Below are positions 48,305 through 61,880 of a DNA stretch of 64,000 nucleotides, piece after piece. Source of the stretch: Macrostomum hystrix (taxonomy: Eukaryota; Animalia; Platyhelminthes); assembly GCA_950097015.1 (NCBI GenBank), contig CATNEN010000039.1, positions 186,001 to 250,000 of the forward strand, written 5' to 3'. The translations under genes were made by a program, and so were the position numbers. Below the pieces are notes generated by a model, which was not told the origin of the DNA, did not search any database, and worked only from the letters and a program-made list of their open reading frames with translations. Numbering within the stretch: position 1 is the first letter of the stretch; the number at the start of each line of letters is the position of its first letter.

Positions 48305-51300
48305 ATGAGTGCAGAGCCAAGAACCAAGGAAAGTGGGCTAGGCAGTCATGAACCGACCATGCAGTCTAGTTTCCAGTCAATCAGCGAGTTCTATGCCGGC
48401 AAGGCAGTGCTCATTACTGGCATCACTGGCTTCCTTGGCAAGGTGTTGCTAGAGAAGCTGCTCTGGTCCTGCCCACAGATTGATCGCATCTTTGCCCTAA
48501 TTCGGCCGAAGCGCAGCGAGTCCATCGAGACGCGGCTGGACTCACTGCTGTCGTGCAAGCTCTTCGACCGGCTACGCAGGGACCGGCCCGACTTCCGAGC
48601 TCAAATCTCGCCACTGCAGGTCAGGCTGAATGATATTAGAGTTTTCTTAGATTGACTAATACCTTGCCTGAACTGAGTTGAATGACAAATGTGGACTCAT
48701 ACTGTACTCACCAGGGTGACCTTTTTGAGCCGGGTCTGGGACTGAGCAGTGAGGACACGGAGCTGCTTACTGGCTGCGTTAGTATCGTCTTCCACAGCGC
48801 TGCAACTGTCCGCTTCGACGAGCACCTGAAGATTGCCGTTCAGATGAACCTGGAGGGCCCGAAAAAGGTGGCGGAGCTGTGCGAGCGAATGACCCACCTG
48901 GAGGCGCTAGTGCACGTGTCTACCGCCTATGCGAACTGCGACCGTGGAGTAGTGGAAGAGGCCGTGTACCCGCCTGAGATACATCCACAGAAACTGCTGG
49001 ACGCTATAGAATGGATGGACGATGGCGTACTAGAGCAGGTGTGATTTTGGATGGGACTGAAGCCAATGTGGTGCGGCATATGTTTTGCAAAATCTGGATT
49101 TTTGTTGGTCAAAAAGAAAAGGCTTTAGGATCATTGAAAAAGGAGAATTCTTTTCTTTACTTGACTGAGTCCATCGACTAATGACTAATGACTTTGACTA
49201 ATGACTAATGACTAATGGTCTTTTAGTAGTCCATTAACAGTAGAAAAACCACGGGGTGTATCAAAATACCAACATTTATCTTTTTTCTGTATCCTAAAAT
49301 ATTCCACCAACACGAAATTTCATAATGTAATCATATCGACTATCATTGTTAACTATTTTAGTTTGAATAAATGGTACTTTTTTCATTTCCTAATTACTAT
49401 TGATTCGCTATTCAACCTTATACAGCGCAATGTTTCTTGTTCTTGTCACCGAGGTCTTCGACAAGAATTGCTGAATACCTCGACAATGCTAACTCGGACG
49501 GCTTTGAAAATTAGTTCATCGTAACGGGAGCAAAAATTGAATTGAATCGGTCATTCGGTTTGGGAGCTGTCGTGAAGTATGCAGTTGGTATTTGAAATAC
49601 CCCCGTGGTCTTTCCCAGGTGGAAAAATAGCGTGGCCTTTCTACCGTTAAGCCAATCTCGTGAATCCAGAGTAAATGAAAAGCTAATAAAACGTTGGAAT
49701 TTTGTTCAGCTCTAGATACAACAAGGGTCTATCGAACTATGTAAAATGATTTTTTGTTGGCCGAAATAAACTTAAAAAATCGCACCCGCCGCCATAGTTT
49801 GTTTATCTACAGCAATTCATTTATGACCATCATGTCGTCCTGGTAGGTGACTCCCCGCCTACTGGGCCAGAAGCCAAACACATACACCTTCACAAAGCAG
49901 CTCGCCGAGTTCTATCTGACGGACCGCTTTCCCCAATTGCCTATCGTGATTGTGCGGCCGTCCATTGTCGGTGCCAGCTGGCAGGAGCCGCTGCCAGGCT
50001 GGGTGGACAACTTTAACGGCCCGACTGGCGTCTTCGCAGCAATCAGCAAGGGTTTACTCCGCATGATGCAGGGTGACGTCCGCTGCAAGGCCGACATAAT
50101 CCCAGTAGACATCGCCACAAATATTCTCATTGCTAGCGTGTGGCACTTCCGCCTGTTTGCCAGGCATGCTACCGTTTACAATGCTGGCGTAGGGCCTGGC
50201 AACCAGCTCACCTGGGGCCATGTCGAGCGTATCGCTCCGGAATACTTCATGTGCAACCCAACGCAGAGTGTCATCCGCCTGCCCAAGGCAAGCTTTACCA
50301 CCAACTCGCTGTGGTGTAGCATTAACTGGCTGTTCAACCACCAACTACCTGCTTGCCTCATGGACCTGTGGATGTACGCCTGCGGCCGCAGGGCGGTGTA
50401 AGTTTCTTCACTTCCATTGCCATCCAGAAAGTTCTTAGCAGTAGGAATTCCCAGCTGGTATTCTAGTTCCAAATACAGGATTTCCCTATAACAGTTTTTG
50501 CTGCGCCTGTTTGAATACCAGTAGGCAATTAAAGCTTGGATGAATGCAGACACGTTGTCAACTAGCTGATGTCTTCAAATTTAACGAGGTGCGCGAGGTT
50601 CTCTACTGAGGTGCACTGCTGATCGGCGTACATGTACTAAATAATGGGGGGTCAGACATTGTGGAGAGGTGGTTGGTTACTCTCGTGTTCGTTTGTCTAA
50701 TTTAAAACCGACGAGTTGCAAGTTATAGAACAAATTTTGAGGTGTCAAAAAGTAATACTTCTGAGTTGAAATCTGCTTGCCATGTTATATCAGGTTATGA
50801 AAATCCTTGCGTAGGTAGTGCAAGACGTCTATAGCATTATCCCGCCTCCCTCTTTAGCTTTGTCCGAGTGTCCAACCGAATCAGAAAATCGACCCGGTCA
50901 CTGGACTACTTTACCAGTCGCGAGTGGGTCTTCAACAACACCAATGTGCTCAGCGCTATGGAACGGATGTCCCCATCTGACAGACTTGTGAGCTTACTGC
51001 TTCTAGCTTTTGCCCCTTTCCTGCCAGGGTCTGACTGACCAGCACCTCTGCCAGGGTCTGACTCATTATTGCAGTTTTTTCTGCTAGAATTCACTGACTG
51101 ACGCTCTCATCCTTCGGACAGGCCCCCCTAAAGTTTTTCTCTGTTGCAATTCCTTTGTTGTCTTATTTTGCTTACTTACAAAAATTGATGGCTGAAGTTT
51201 CGAATTGAATTCAAACTTGCAGTTCTTGCCCTCACCACATTCACTTCGGTATAATCTCATAATTACATTTACTTAATCTTACTTATTGCTCTCAGTCACA

Positions 51301-53619
51301 GCCTGTACGATAACTCAACGCAATTATCCTCCTGCCTATAGGAGTTTGACTGCGACGCTTCCAAGGTTGACTGGCGCCTCTACCTGGAGCGCTACTGCAC
51401 CGGTGTAAAACATTACGCGCTGAAGGAGGACCTCGATGACAACGGTTCTGCTAGGGCCCACATCAGGAAGTAAGTGGCACACTTTGGCAACCTCATACAT
51501 GCAGCATCTGTCACTTCCGTTGCAGTCCCGCTCGGACACTCACCGTCTTGGCTCAGTTACACACAGTCTGCCAAAGTCTCACAGATTGACACTCAGGTGA
51601 TACCCGAGCCCCGCCTTGGCTCAGTTACACACAGTCTGCCAAAGTCTCACAGATTTACACTCAGGTGATACCCGAGCAACGCCTTGGCTCAGTTACACGC
51701 AGTCTGCCAAAGTCTCACAGATTGACACTCAGTTGATACCCGAGCCCCGCCTTGGCTCAGTTACACGCAGTCTGCCAAAGTCTCACAGATTGACACTCAG
51801 GTGATACCCGAGCCCCGCCTTGGCTCAGTTACACGCAGTCTGCCAAAGTCTCACAGATTGACACTCAGGTGATACCCGAGCCCCGCCTTGGCTCAGTTAC
51901 ACGCAGTCTGCCAAAGTCTCACAGATTGACACTCAGGTGATACCCGAGCCCCGCCTTGGCTCAGTTACACACAGTCTGCCAAAGTCTCACAGATTGACAC
52001 TCAGGTGATACCCGAGCCCCGCCTTGGCTCAGTTACACACAGTCTGCCAAAGTCTCACAGATTTACACTCAGTTGATACCCGAGCCCCGCCTTGGCTCAG
52101 TTACACGCAGTCTGCCAAAGTCTCACAGATTGACACTCAGGTGATACCCGAGCCCCGCCTTGGCTCAGTTACACACAGTCTGCCAAAGTCTCACAGATTG
52201 ACACTCAGGTGATACCCGAGCAACGCCTTGGCTCAGTTACACGCAGTCTGCCAAAGTCTCACAGATTGACACTCAGTTGATACCCGAGCCCCGCCTTGGC
52301 TCAGTTACACGCAGTCTGCCAAAGTCTCACAGATTGACACTCAGGTGATACCCGAGCCCCGCCTTGGCTCAGTTACACACAGTCTGCCAAAGTCTCACAG
52401 ATTTACACTCAGTTGATACCCGAGCCCCGCCTTGGCTCAGTTACACACAGTCTGCCAAAGTCTCACAGATTGACACTCAGGTGATACCCGAGCAACGCCT
52501 TGGCTCAGTTACACGCAGTCTGCCAAAGTCTCACAGATTGACACTCAGTTGATACCCGAGCCCCGCCTTGGCTCAGTTACACGCAGTCTGCCAAAGTCTC
52601 ACAGATTGACACTCAGGTGATACCCGAGCCCCGCCTTGGCTCAGTTACACACAGTCTGCCAAAGTCTCACAGATTGACACTCAGTTGATACCCGAGCCCC
52701 GCCTTGGCTCAGTTACACGCAGTCTGCCAAAGTCTCACAGATTGACACTCAGGTGATACCCGAGCCCCGCCTTGGCTCAGTTACACACAGTCTGCCAAAG
52801 TCTCACAGATTTACACTCAGGTGATACCCGAGCCCCGCCTTGGCTCAGTTACACACAGTCTGCCAAAGTCTCACAGATTTACACTCAGGTGATACCCGAG
52901 CCCCGCCTTGGCTCAGTTACACACAGTCTGCCAAAGTCTCACAGATTTACACTCAGGTGATACCCGAGCCCCGCCTTGGCTCAGTTACACGCAGTCTGCC
53001 AAAGTCTCACAGATTGACACTCAGGTGATACCCGAGCCCCGCCTTGGCTCAGTTACACACAGTCTGCCAAAGTCTCACAGATTGACACTCAGTTGATACC
53101 CGAGCCCCGCCTTGGCTCAGTTACACGCAGTCTGCCAAAGTCTCACAGATTGACACTCAGGTGATACCCGAGCCCCGCCTTGGCTCAGTTACACACAGTC
53201 TGCCAAAGTCTCACAGATTTACACTCAGGTGATACCCGAGCCCCGCCTTGGCTCAGTTACACACAGTCTGCCAAAGTCTCACAGATTTACACTCAGGTGA
53301 TACCCGAGCCCCGCCTTGGCTCAGTTACACACAGTCTGCCAAAGTCTCACAGATTGACACTCAGGTGATACCCGAGCCCCGCCTTGGCTCAGTTACACAC
53401 AGTCTGCCAAAGTCTCACAGATTGACACTCAGTTGATACCCGAGCCCCGCCTTGGCTCACAGGCTACAGCGCCTGTCGCTGATATGGAACGTGCTACTCT
53501 GCGTGCTCGTGTGGCGTTTTACCCTTAAACGGGTGCCTCTGGCGCACACCATGTGGGTGCTGATGCTGAACTTGGCCATGTCGCTATTCGAGAAGCTGCC
53601 CCGCTTAGCCCGCTCGTGA
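48305..53619 (+). CDS. FAR1: Fatty acyl-CoA reductase
   Basis: ITGITGFLGKVLLEKLL, FHSAATVRFDE, HVSTAY, PNTYTFTK, RPSIV, GWVDNFNGP, plus a C-terminal sterile domain and hydrophobic tail. Exons 48305-48619, 48715-49038, 49847-50397, 50858-50987, 51342-51469, 53463-53619. Confidence 0.95.
49238..49646. mobile_element. MITE flanked by TTAA, in FAR intron 2
   Basis: TTAA|CAGTAGAAAAACCACG ... CGTGGCCTTTCTACCG|TTAA, plus an internal inverted copy GTTGGTATTTGAAATACCCCCGTGG. Confidence 0.7.
51547..53460. repeat. 68-bp minisatellite, about 28 units, filling the last FAR intron
   Basis: Unit CTTGGCTCAGTTACACACAGTCTGCCAAAGTCTCACAGATTGACACTCAGGTGATACCCGAGCCCCGC with a few variable sites. Confidence 0.98.
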
Positions 53620-54978
53620 TCGGCTTGAAGCCTTGCACCCTTAAAACTGCATGATGGAACACTGCGCAGTCGTCTGCGACTTATACTATCCTAGTCTGTT
53701 TAGTACTTTTTACGTTAGTAATATTTTCGGAACTTCATATTTTGATTAGATGTATCCGTATTTACACTTAGTCCTATCTGTCATGTCAGTTTTGCTTTTT
53801 GAGGCTTCTATCCTTTTTTCTTTAAGCGCTCTGCAGCCGTTCACAAAAGTTTCATATTCGTGTTTCCTACAGCCCTGCCGTTACCACTGTCAGTCGTGAC
53901 ACCAGCACAAGCCTTTTGTCGTTTAGTAGCTTTTTGTCCCACTCACTGGAGTTGCAGGACTCTGTTTACTTCATTTTTACTTTCTTTTCCGTTTTTTCTC
54001 CTTGTTATTTTTGTCTAGCTTACTTTTTTATTTGCTTTTTTACCTTTTTACAAGCAGTTGAAATAAACAAAATGAAAATTTGCAACTTTAGTAATACATT
54101 TTGTTCTGATGTTTTGTTACTCGCTACTGTTGAGTAGTTGCTGAGATAGTTTAAAGAATATTTTTAGTAAGCAAGTTGCGCCCCAAACTTTTCTGGTATA
54201 TCTATCTATATCTACTTGTCTCTGAATCCGTTTGCTCTCATTCGATTTTCTCTCGTAGGTCTTACAATTAGATTCTCAAATATACTTTCTTGTCTCTAAT
54301 GCCCATATCTCCTTTTGGTCGAGCTGTCTATCGGATTAATGTTTTCTGCTCGTAATTGTAAGCCAGTCGTCGTCAATCTATTAGTTAAAATCCGTATAAG
54401 TTCGTTGTGTTTTGGCATTTCGTCTGTATTTTCATTCGACAGCCATGCTGAAAAAATGTAGAACTATAGTTATAACGTATAATTAATTATACCTTTAATC
54501 TATTCTGGAATAATTTCATTGTCTTATTGCGCAACTTAAAGTCGGATTCAGTTCTTCAGTTTTTCATTTGCAGTTTTCAGGCAAGTGAAGAAATTACGCG
54601 CATACATTAAAGAATCAAGTATAAATTTAGTTTTAAGAATTGTACTTCTTATCAATGCAGGTAGTAGAGCAAGGAAATTATCGTTGCAAGTTGCAACTGA
54701 GAGAGCATATGCATATCAAATTTAAAAGCTGTGGAGATAAAAATCTGTTGGATCTTTCTGGAAATGTTGCCTTAATCGCAGTCCGTATCACATGAGTAGC
54801 CATAATCTGATACAACAGCACATTGTGAACAATATCATCCAATCAGCGTCCATTTGTATAAAGGGTAAAATCTAATGCTGCTGCGGTCTGCGGTGTTTGT
54901 CGAAAAAAAAATTGTAAACGGCATGCTCTCTAGTTTGTTTACTTGTAGAAACATATACGTACGAGACCTGCTTTTGCA

Positions 54979-55724
54979 TCAGAACTTAAAGGTGCATTTT
55001 TGCTTGAAGTTCGCTGCTGCTTGTGGCTCTCGATGCCTCTTGTTGTGTAGCTGTAGGTGGTCAGAGCGCGTGAACTGCTTCGGGCACAGCTGACAGCGGT
55101 ATGGCCGATCGCCCGTGTGGATCCGTTGGTGCCGGACTAACTCGTCTGACCGTGGAAAAGCCCAGCCACAGTTTGCCCACTGACACGCGAATGGGCGCTC
55201 CTCTATGGGAAGGCAAAAAGGCAGCAATCAGACATGAGTTTTAGTACTTGCATGGTGTTTTAGTAATGCTCGCACCAAAATACTTGCAGATGCCGTCTGT
55301 TTGGATTTTAATCAACTAAAAACTCACCTGAGTGAGATCGCAGATGCGTCTTTAGGTGCGAATTCTTCAGGTATGCTTTACTGCAGCCACTGTGAGGGCA
55401 TATGAAATTCCTCGGTCGCTCGTCCATGGTTGCCGCAGTCGGTGGTCCAGACGAGCAGCAACTGCTGCCGGATTCGCCTGTTCCAATGGTGCTGCACTCG
55501 GACAGGGTGCTCAGACAGTCGTCCAGAGTCAGTAAGCGCTGCCAGTTAGCGTCGCTGTCCATCAGCAGTGTCTCCAACACTTCCTGCCGACAAGAGGCCT
55601 CGGGTAAGAGGTTCCTACCGACCTCCACCTCCTCCCAGTACATCTCGACAGTCTCCGGCCGAGTGCAAGGCTCTTCTTTAATATAGAGCTGATGCTGATT
55701 GCTGCTAGCCTCTATAGAGTGCAT
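54979..55724 (-). CDS. KLF: Kruppel-like factor (three C2H2 fingers)
   Basis: [23 protein letters not shown] | [52 protein letters not shown]. Exons 55724-55328 and 55202-54979. TATA-like TATATAGAAG at about 55840 (minus). Confidence 0.95.
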
Positions 55725-56299
55725 TTTACCCGGACTACTGGCTGCAGAAGTCGCCTAACGACGCTGACGGTTTATTTTATAATATTTACTCTCGGACTCA
55801 AGCACTCGCATTTTGCGGCATGGTGGTCCCCTTCTATATATGCTACTGGGGGAGGGTGCAAAAAACACTGAAGGAGAGAGACAATAACAGAGGGTTGGCG
55901 GTGTGTTTAAAAATGCGTGACCATAGCCAACAATAGCAATGTCACGGCATTACTTGTGTCACGCAGCCAAAATGAAATGCTGAAATTCTGTAATACTTAG
56001 TAGCCTGAAGGAAGTACTAAGTCGCAAGCATTGGTTCGTGACTTCAAGTCCATTTGTGAGATTAAGATACCATCGGGAGTAGAGATTTTCGCTGGCTTCG
56101 AAACATGGATTTGCGAATCGGATTCCGGAGGCCCGCTAGTGATGGCACTCTCCTTATGCCAATTTCAGGCTGCAAGTTGACTCTACTCGCATGTGCACTC
56201 TATACTTATGCCAGTTGCAGGCTGACTCCCCACGGGTTCTTCATCCTGTCATCAATGGCGACTTATATACATACTTCTGCGGGGCATCAAGACGCACAT

Positions 56300-56973
56300 G
56301 GCCGTACCTACCAAGATAGAAATGACCGTGCGTACCCAGATATAAATGACCGTACCGACCAAAAGACCTTCCAAGATACAAATGACCGCACCTTCAAAGA
56401 TACCTTCCAAGATACAAATGACCGTACGTACCCAGATACAAATTACCAAACCTACCAAGATACAAATGACCGCACCTTCAAAGATACCTTCCAAGATACA
56501 AATGATCGCACCTTCAAAGATACCTTCCAAGATACAAATGATCGCACCTTCAAAGATACCTTCCAAGATCCAAATGATCGCACCTTCAAAGATACCTTCC
56601 AAGATCCAAATGATCGCACCTTCAAAGATACCTTCCAAGATACAAATGATCGCACCTTCAAAGATACCTTCCAAGATACAAATGATCGCACCTTCAAAAG
56701 ATACCTTCCAAGATACAAATGATCGCACCTTCAAAGATACCTTCCAAGATACAAATGATCGCACCTTCAAAGATACCTTCCAAGATACAAATGATCGCAC
56801 CTTCAAAGATACCTTCCAAGATCCAAATGATCGCACCTTCAAAGATACCTTCCAAGATCCAAATGATCGCACCTTCAAAGATACCTTCCAAGATACAAAT
56901 GATCGCACCTTCAAAGATACCTTCCAAGATACAAATGATCGCACCTTCAAAGATACCTTCCAAGATACAAATG
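56300..56973. repeat. 36-bp minisatellite, about 17 units, with degenerate 24-bp leaders
   Basis: Unit CCAAGATACAAATGATCGCACCTTCAAAGATACCTT. Confidence 0.97.
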
Positions 56974-58467
56974 ATGGAAATGACAAATGTACCTATACCT
57001 AGATACAAATCACTACCAAGATATAGATGACCATGCATATACTTTGAACAAGGGTACAAATGACCGTACGTGCAAGCGATCTAAATCCCGCTTGCGTCAT
57101 TCAGTGTTGTTTACGAGCGTAAAGTAGTGAATAGGTAAATAACCTAGCGTGGAAACCCTTTACGCACTTCAGGCTTGCTTGGAGAGGCAAGACCTAAATT
57201 TAGATGGAATTTCGTCAGAGCCTACATAGCCACATAGGTGAGTCGGGCCAGGCAAGAGAAGCAGTCGAAACTCTAACTCTTGTTAGCCTCTGTCCAGTCC
57301 GAGCAAGATGGCCCAGGCTGCAAGTCCGAGCTTGCGATGAAAATTTGTTTACCAACTGTAGTGCTCTCTGTTTTCGGCTTCTCTCAGTAACAGCCTCTAT
57401 TACTATACCCTTAGCCTGTAAGCCTGCCCCAAGGCTAAAATTGACAAGCTTTGTCTCATGTTTCCTAAAATAGAATCCTCACTCCTGCCTGCATAAGTAC
57501 ACTTCGTGCCTGCATGTGCTTCTTAACAAATATGTTTGCACGTGCTTACACATATATGGCATGAACTATACGGCTCATACTTTCAAAAATAGCCTATGCG
57601 GCTTTAAAACTGCAGATATAAATCTACTTGGATGAAGCAAGGACAATGGGATCGTATGTTTACATACAAATGGACACAAAATCTGACGATTCCTATATCC
57701 CCTTTCATATTTCCTTATATAGAACTACAGCTTGTGTTTAGGATTTCTTAAATCCATTCCTAAATTATGATGGAATAATGGTTTGAGATTAGTGAGAGTA
57801 ATTTGCCAGAGTCATTAGTGAGACATCTTGGCTTTCACTTAGAGCTTCTAAAAGCCTTCACATTAATCGGTATTTTCAGTAGGATTGTCTCCTTTATTTG
57901 CATGCGGCGGCATTTAATAAGTTCAAGACCCATTGTTTGTGCACGCATAGGACCTCTACTTACCTCTGCTTACCTCTGCTTAAATATGCTCACCACTCTG
58001 GATTGGGTGGCATGTTCCAACGTCACACTGGTTGCAACGCATCTGCGCATAATTACTGCTTTCGAAAAGTATGTTGTATTCTCCTGATGAATCTAAACTT
58101 GCTAGACAGTTTTTAATTCGCGACCCACGTACGAGTACTAATAGCAACGACAACCAACAAAAGTAGCACAACAAACCTCGTTTTAATGGGTGTTTGTGTT
58201 TACACTTGAAACTTCTCTTTACAAATTCTTAGCCTAGCGTGTATCTCACTGCAGTAAACAGCGCCAGTTTCTCACCGTCGGTTTCATGATGGACAGAAAT
58301 TTCAGTGTGTGAGTTTGAGTTTTGGCACTCTTTTATCGGCATTCTATTAACTCATCTCTCGACCCTTCTTCACCTTTCCGCTTAGTATCATCTTTAGATC
58401 GAGGCTTCAGTTTTCGAATTTTGTTATTGTCTTTTTTAACACTACGAAGTTTGCTGACCTTAGGCTT

Positions 58468-59115
58468 GCATCCGCAAATGATTATGTAACTGCAAGCCAG
58501 AATTCAATTCGCCAACGCCTGTCATGAAAGCTGATGTACGCATGCGCAAATGATTATGTAACTGCAAGCCAGAATTCAATTCGCCAACGCCTGTCATGAA
58601 AGCTGATGTACGCATGCGCAAATGATTATGTAACTGCAAGCCAGAATTCAATTCGCGAACGCCTGTCATGAAAGCTGATGTACGCATGCGCAAATGATTA
58701 TGTAACTGCAAGCCAGAATTCAATTCGCCAACGCCTGTCATGAAAGCTGATGTACGCATGCGCAAATGATTATGTAACTGCAAGCCAGAATTCAATTCGC
58801 CAACGCCTGTCATGAAAGCTGATGTACGCATGCGCAAATGATTATGTAACTGCAAGCCAGAATTCAATTCGCCAACGCCTGTCATGAAAGCTGATGTACG
58901 CATGCGCAAATGATTATGTAACTGCAAGCCAGAATTCAATTCGCCAACGCCTGTCATGAAAGCTGATGTACGCATGCGCAAATGATTATGTAACTGCAAG
59001 CCAGAATTCAATTCGCCAACGCCTGTCATGAAAGCTGATGTACGCATCCGCAAATGATTATGTAACTGCAAGCCAGAATTCAATTCGCCAACGCCTGTCA
59101 TGAAAGCTGATGTAC
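58468..59115. repeat. 72-bp minisatellite, 9 units
   Basis: Unit GCAAATGATTATGTAACTGCAAGCCAGAATTCAATTCGCCAACGCCTGTCATGAAAGCTGATGTACGCATGC. Confidence 0.97.
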
Positions 59116-59613
59116 TGGATAATGACCATCTGTGACTGACTTACCAGCCTTGGATTTATTTGCAGGGTGCATCGGCCAGAGCGGATGCAAGTGGAGAGCC
59201 AGCGGTCATCCTGAGGCACTGAACTTGTGCATGCTTCTCCAAGCTAGGCCATAGAGTGTTAGATGCATGACTCATCGAGTGAGATGCAGGTGCGTCGCCT
59301 GTCCTCCAGGGCTCTGCTAAAAGTTTAACCTCTACTTGACTGCAGTTTAGATACCAAATTTAGATCCCACTTGAATCCCCTTTTCCATATGTTCAGATCC
59401 CATCTTACTTGAATCCCCTTTTCCATGTGTTCAGATCCCTGCGAACGCAGGTCAAAGATCGCAGGTCAAGCGTTGAGATTTACTTAATCTTGTTGGAAAA
59501 TATGTGCAACAAAAAGTTCACCCGTGCGCTCTAGAATATCAAGTGCCTTCGTTGCTCCGCTTAGGCGCAATAAAAATATTGTCAAGTGGAAATACGAAAT
59601 ATGCCCATCCGAC

Positions 59614-59821
59614 AGTCTTGGGAGCCTACTGCTTATGGCTTTTGCCTCTTCCCAGCCAGGGTCTGACTGACCAGCACCTCTGCCAGGGTCTGACTGACCA
59701 GCACCTCTGCCAGGGTCTGACGGACCAGCACCTCTGTCACAGTCGAAGATCGCAGGTCAAGCGTTGTGGTGGTGGTGGTGGTGGTGGTGGTGGTGGTGGT
59801 GGTGGTGGTAGTGGTGGTGGT
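59614..59821. repeat. 27-bp repeat (3 units) followed by a (GGT)n microsatellite
   Basis: GCCAGGGTCTGACTGACCAGCACCTCT three times. (GGT)n at about 59766-59821. Confidence 0.9.
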
Positions 59822-59899
59822 AGTTCCGTGTAGCTGGGTCTCAGCGCTGAGGTTCCGGTGGTTGCTGCACTTGGCCAGTCTGGGTCTAGGCAAGGCCTT

Positions 59900-61880
59900 G
59901 CGATCGATTTTATGACAACGATACTATAGAGTGACGGTCACGAAGCGATTCCATGTACAACTTGCTGCACGCTTTTTGGAATGACAGAAAATCACACCGT
60001 TTTCGATCCAGTACTTGATCGCTGCGGATGTCGTTGCTAGCACTAGCACGTGTTCTGCATTCGAGTGGTCTTCTGTGCTTCTGAATTTGATGGTATACTG
60101 ACGAGCACAGCTCAACGTTGAAGTCTACTTGCGGCAATACTCGGGATGTTCTTGTCTCTGCTGCTTGTGGTACCAAACAAGTTGGTATATTTATGGTATT
60201 GGTAAAACCGCTTCAACCCCGAACACTGTGGCTTCCTTCTCCAGCTGGGAGTAGTTAACCTCTGGGAGTAGTTTTGAGTGCTCATGAAGCGTACGCTCGT
60301 AGGCTATTTGCCTCTCATCACCATTTGGCATTATGCGAGATGACGCAGCGGTTCCGTACTTGGAAGCATCTGTTTGCAGTACATGCTGTTTGTTTGGAAA
60401 AAAATTGGCTAGAACTCGGTTAGAAGTCAATGTGTTTTTCACTTTGTCAAATGCTGCTCTGCATTCTTCGCTTCAATGAAATTCTTCATCCTGAGGTGCA
60501 AGAAACGAAGATAGAATCGGAAAAATTGTATATTAGCTGATCATGTCAGTCTGCGATCTGACTTCCGATACATTTGTTGCTTCTAAGAGGATCATTGATT
60601 GTCTTGATTGTTCAGTCCGAATTCTTATAGATATGACGCCGCCCAAGAATTAATTCTGCTGAGCCGAAACTGACACTCGTTTATGTATATTGAAAATATC
60701 CAGTGCGTGTCCTTGCGCAAAGTTTTCTCCACCAAAAATATATACCCGGTCTCCCTTGTCAATTAGCGCTACGAGCTATCAGTTGACATTGTCGACCTGT
60801 TTGCATTATTTGGAACTTTAAGGGAAAATTCGCCCAGAACTGGAAAGAGGATATAGTCTTGCATTTTATTTAGACCACTTTAAGTCAAATCATCTGGCTT
60901 GTATTCTCGTAAAAACATTTTTTTCCGCGCCAGTATCCAGTTGGAAATTTTCTATGTAGCCATTTACTCGCAAGTCGCACGCACACGGTGGTGAGCTTCT
61001 GTAGCCAACCATTTCTGTGGAAAACACGGTTCTAAATTCCGAATACACTTCTGGATCATTGCGGTCCAAATCACCACCAGACTAAATGCGTATTTAGTAG
61101 TATTTAGAAGCCCCAGATCGCCATGCACTGTCTGACGAGCTCTCGAACTGTTGTGCACCTTGCTGGACCTTTCAAGTTTAGAAGAGTTAATCGCTTTGAC
61201 TTACCGTTTCCAGACTCTTTGGCTTTATCCTTGGTTGCGGCATGGATTTAGATGTCTTACTCATCTTATTTGCAGCAAGTTTTATTCCTATTTTAGTTCC
61301 TTAGCTTGCCCAGAGTTCTGCATGTGTATTACAGCTAGTGTTTTGCTGTTTTTTGGGGCGCTCAAAATGATTGCTTCTTTGTTTCTTTGAGTAAGTGAGC
61401 CGACTCCAGTGAAGGATATAGTCACTATTCCTCTCTCTGCTTCTTCTATTGCAATCGCTAGCGACAGTGCAGCAGTCAAACTTGCAGTGCATCTTCTTGT
61501 AGCTATTGCTGTTGGATAATCCTGTTTCTGAGTCCGATTACGAACCTGTCTCTTAGCGCCTCATCCAGAGCTTGTCAAGGCCACGCGTGGCTGCTATAAC
61601 CTCCGCAGACTTGCAACAGAGTGACTCTTTCGTGTGGAACTCTGCTGTGAACGTTAAATCGCTCAACAATTTTCGGCTAAAGTGTTAAAGAAGTGCTCTC
61701 TCAAGCGTCGATCTAATTTACTTGCTCGTCGTAGGCCACATCTTTCGGCTTCTTTGGCGAAAGCAGGTTTTGTAGCAACTGACAACAGTGATTGCCAGTC
61801 ACTGCAGACAGTCCCGGCCGTGATATTAGTAGCTGCATAAGATGGAACAAGTATACTTAACCACGGGGTTCTTCGGTACC
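59900..61880 (-). mobile_element. Decayed Gypsy gag-pol relic
   Basis: Protease FQLDTGA at about 60930-60950. RNase H LQTDASKYG..ERQIAY..NYSQLEKEA (60191-60442). Many stops and frameshifts. Confidence 0.75.

Noticed and set aside
56105-59101. Long ORFs across the 36-bp and 72-bp arrays
   Set aside because: Unit lengths divisible by 3 explain the open frames, and a 1-bp indel near 56700 shifts the frame. No convincing splice context.
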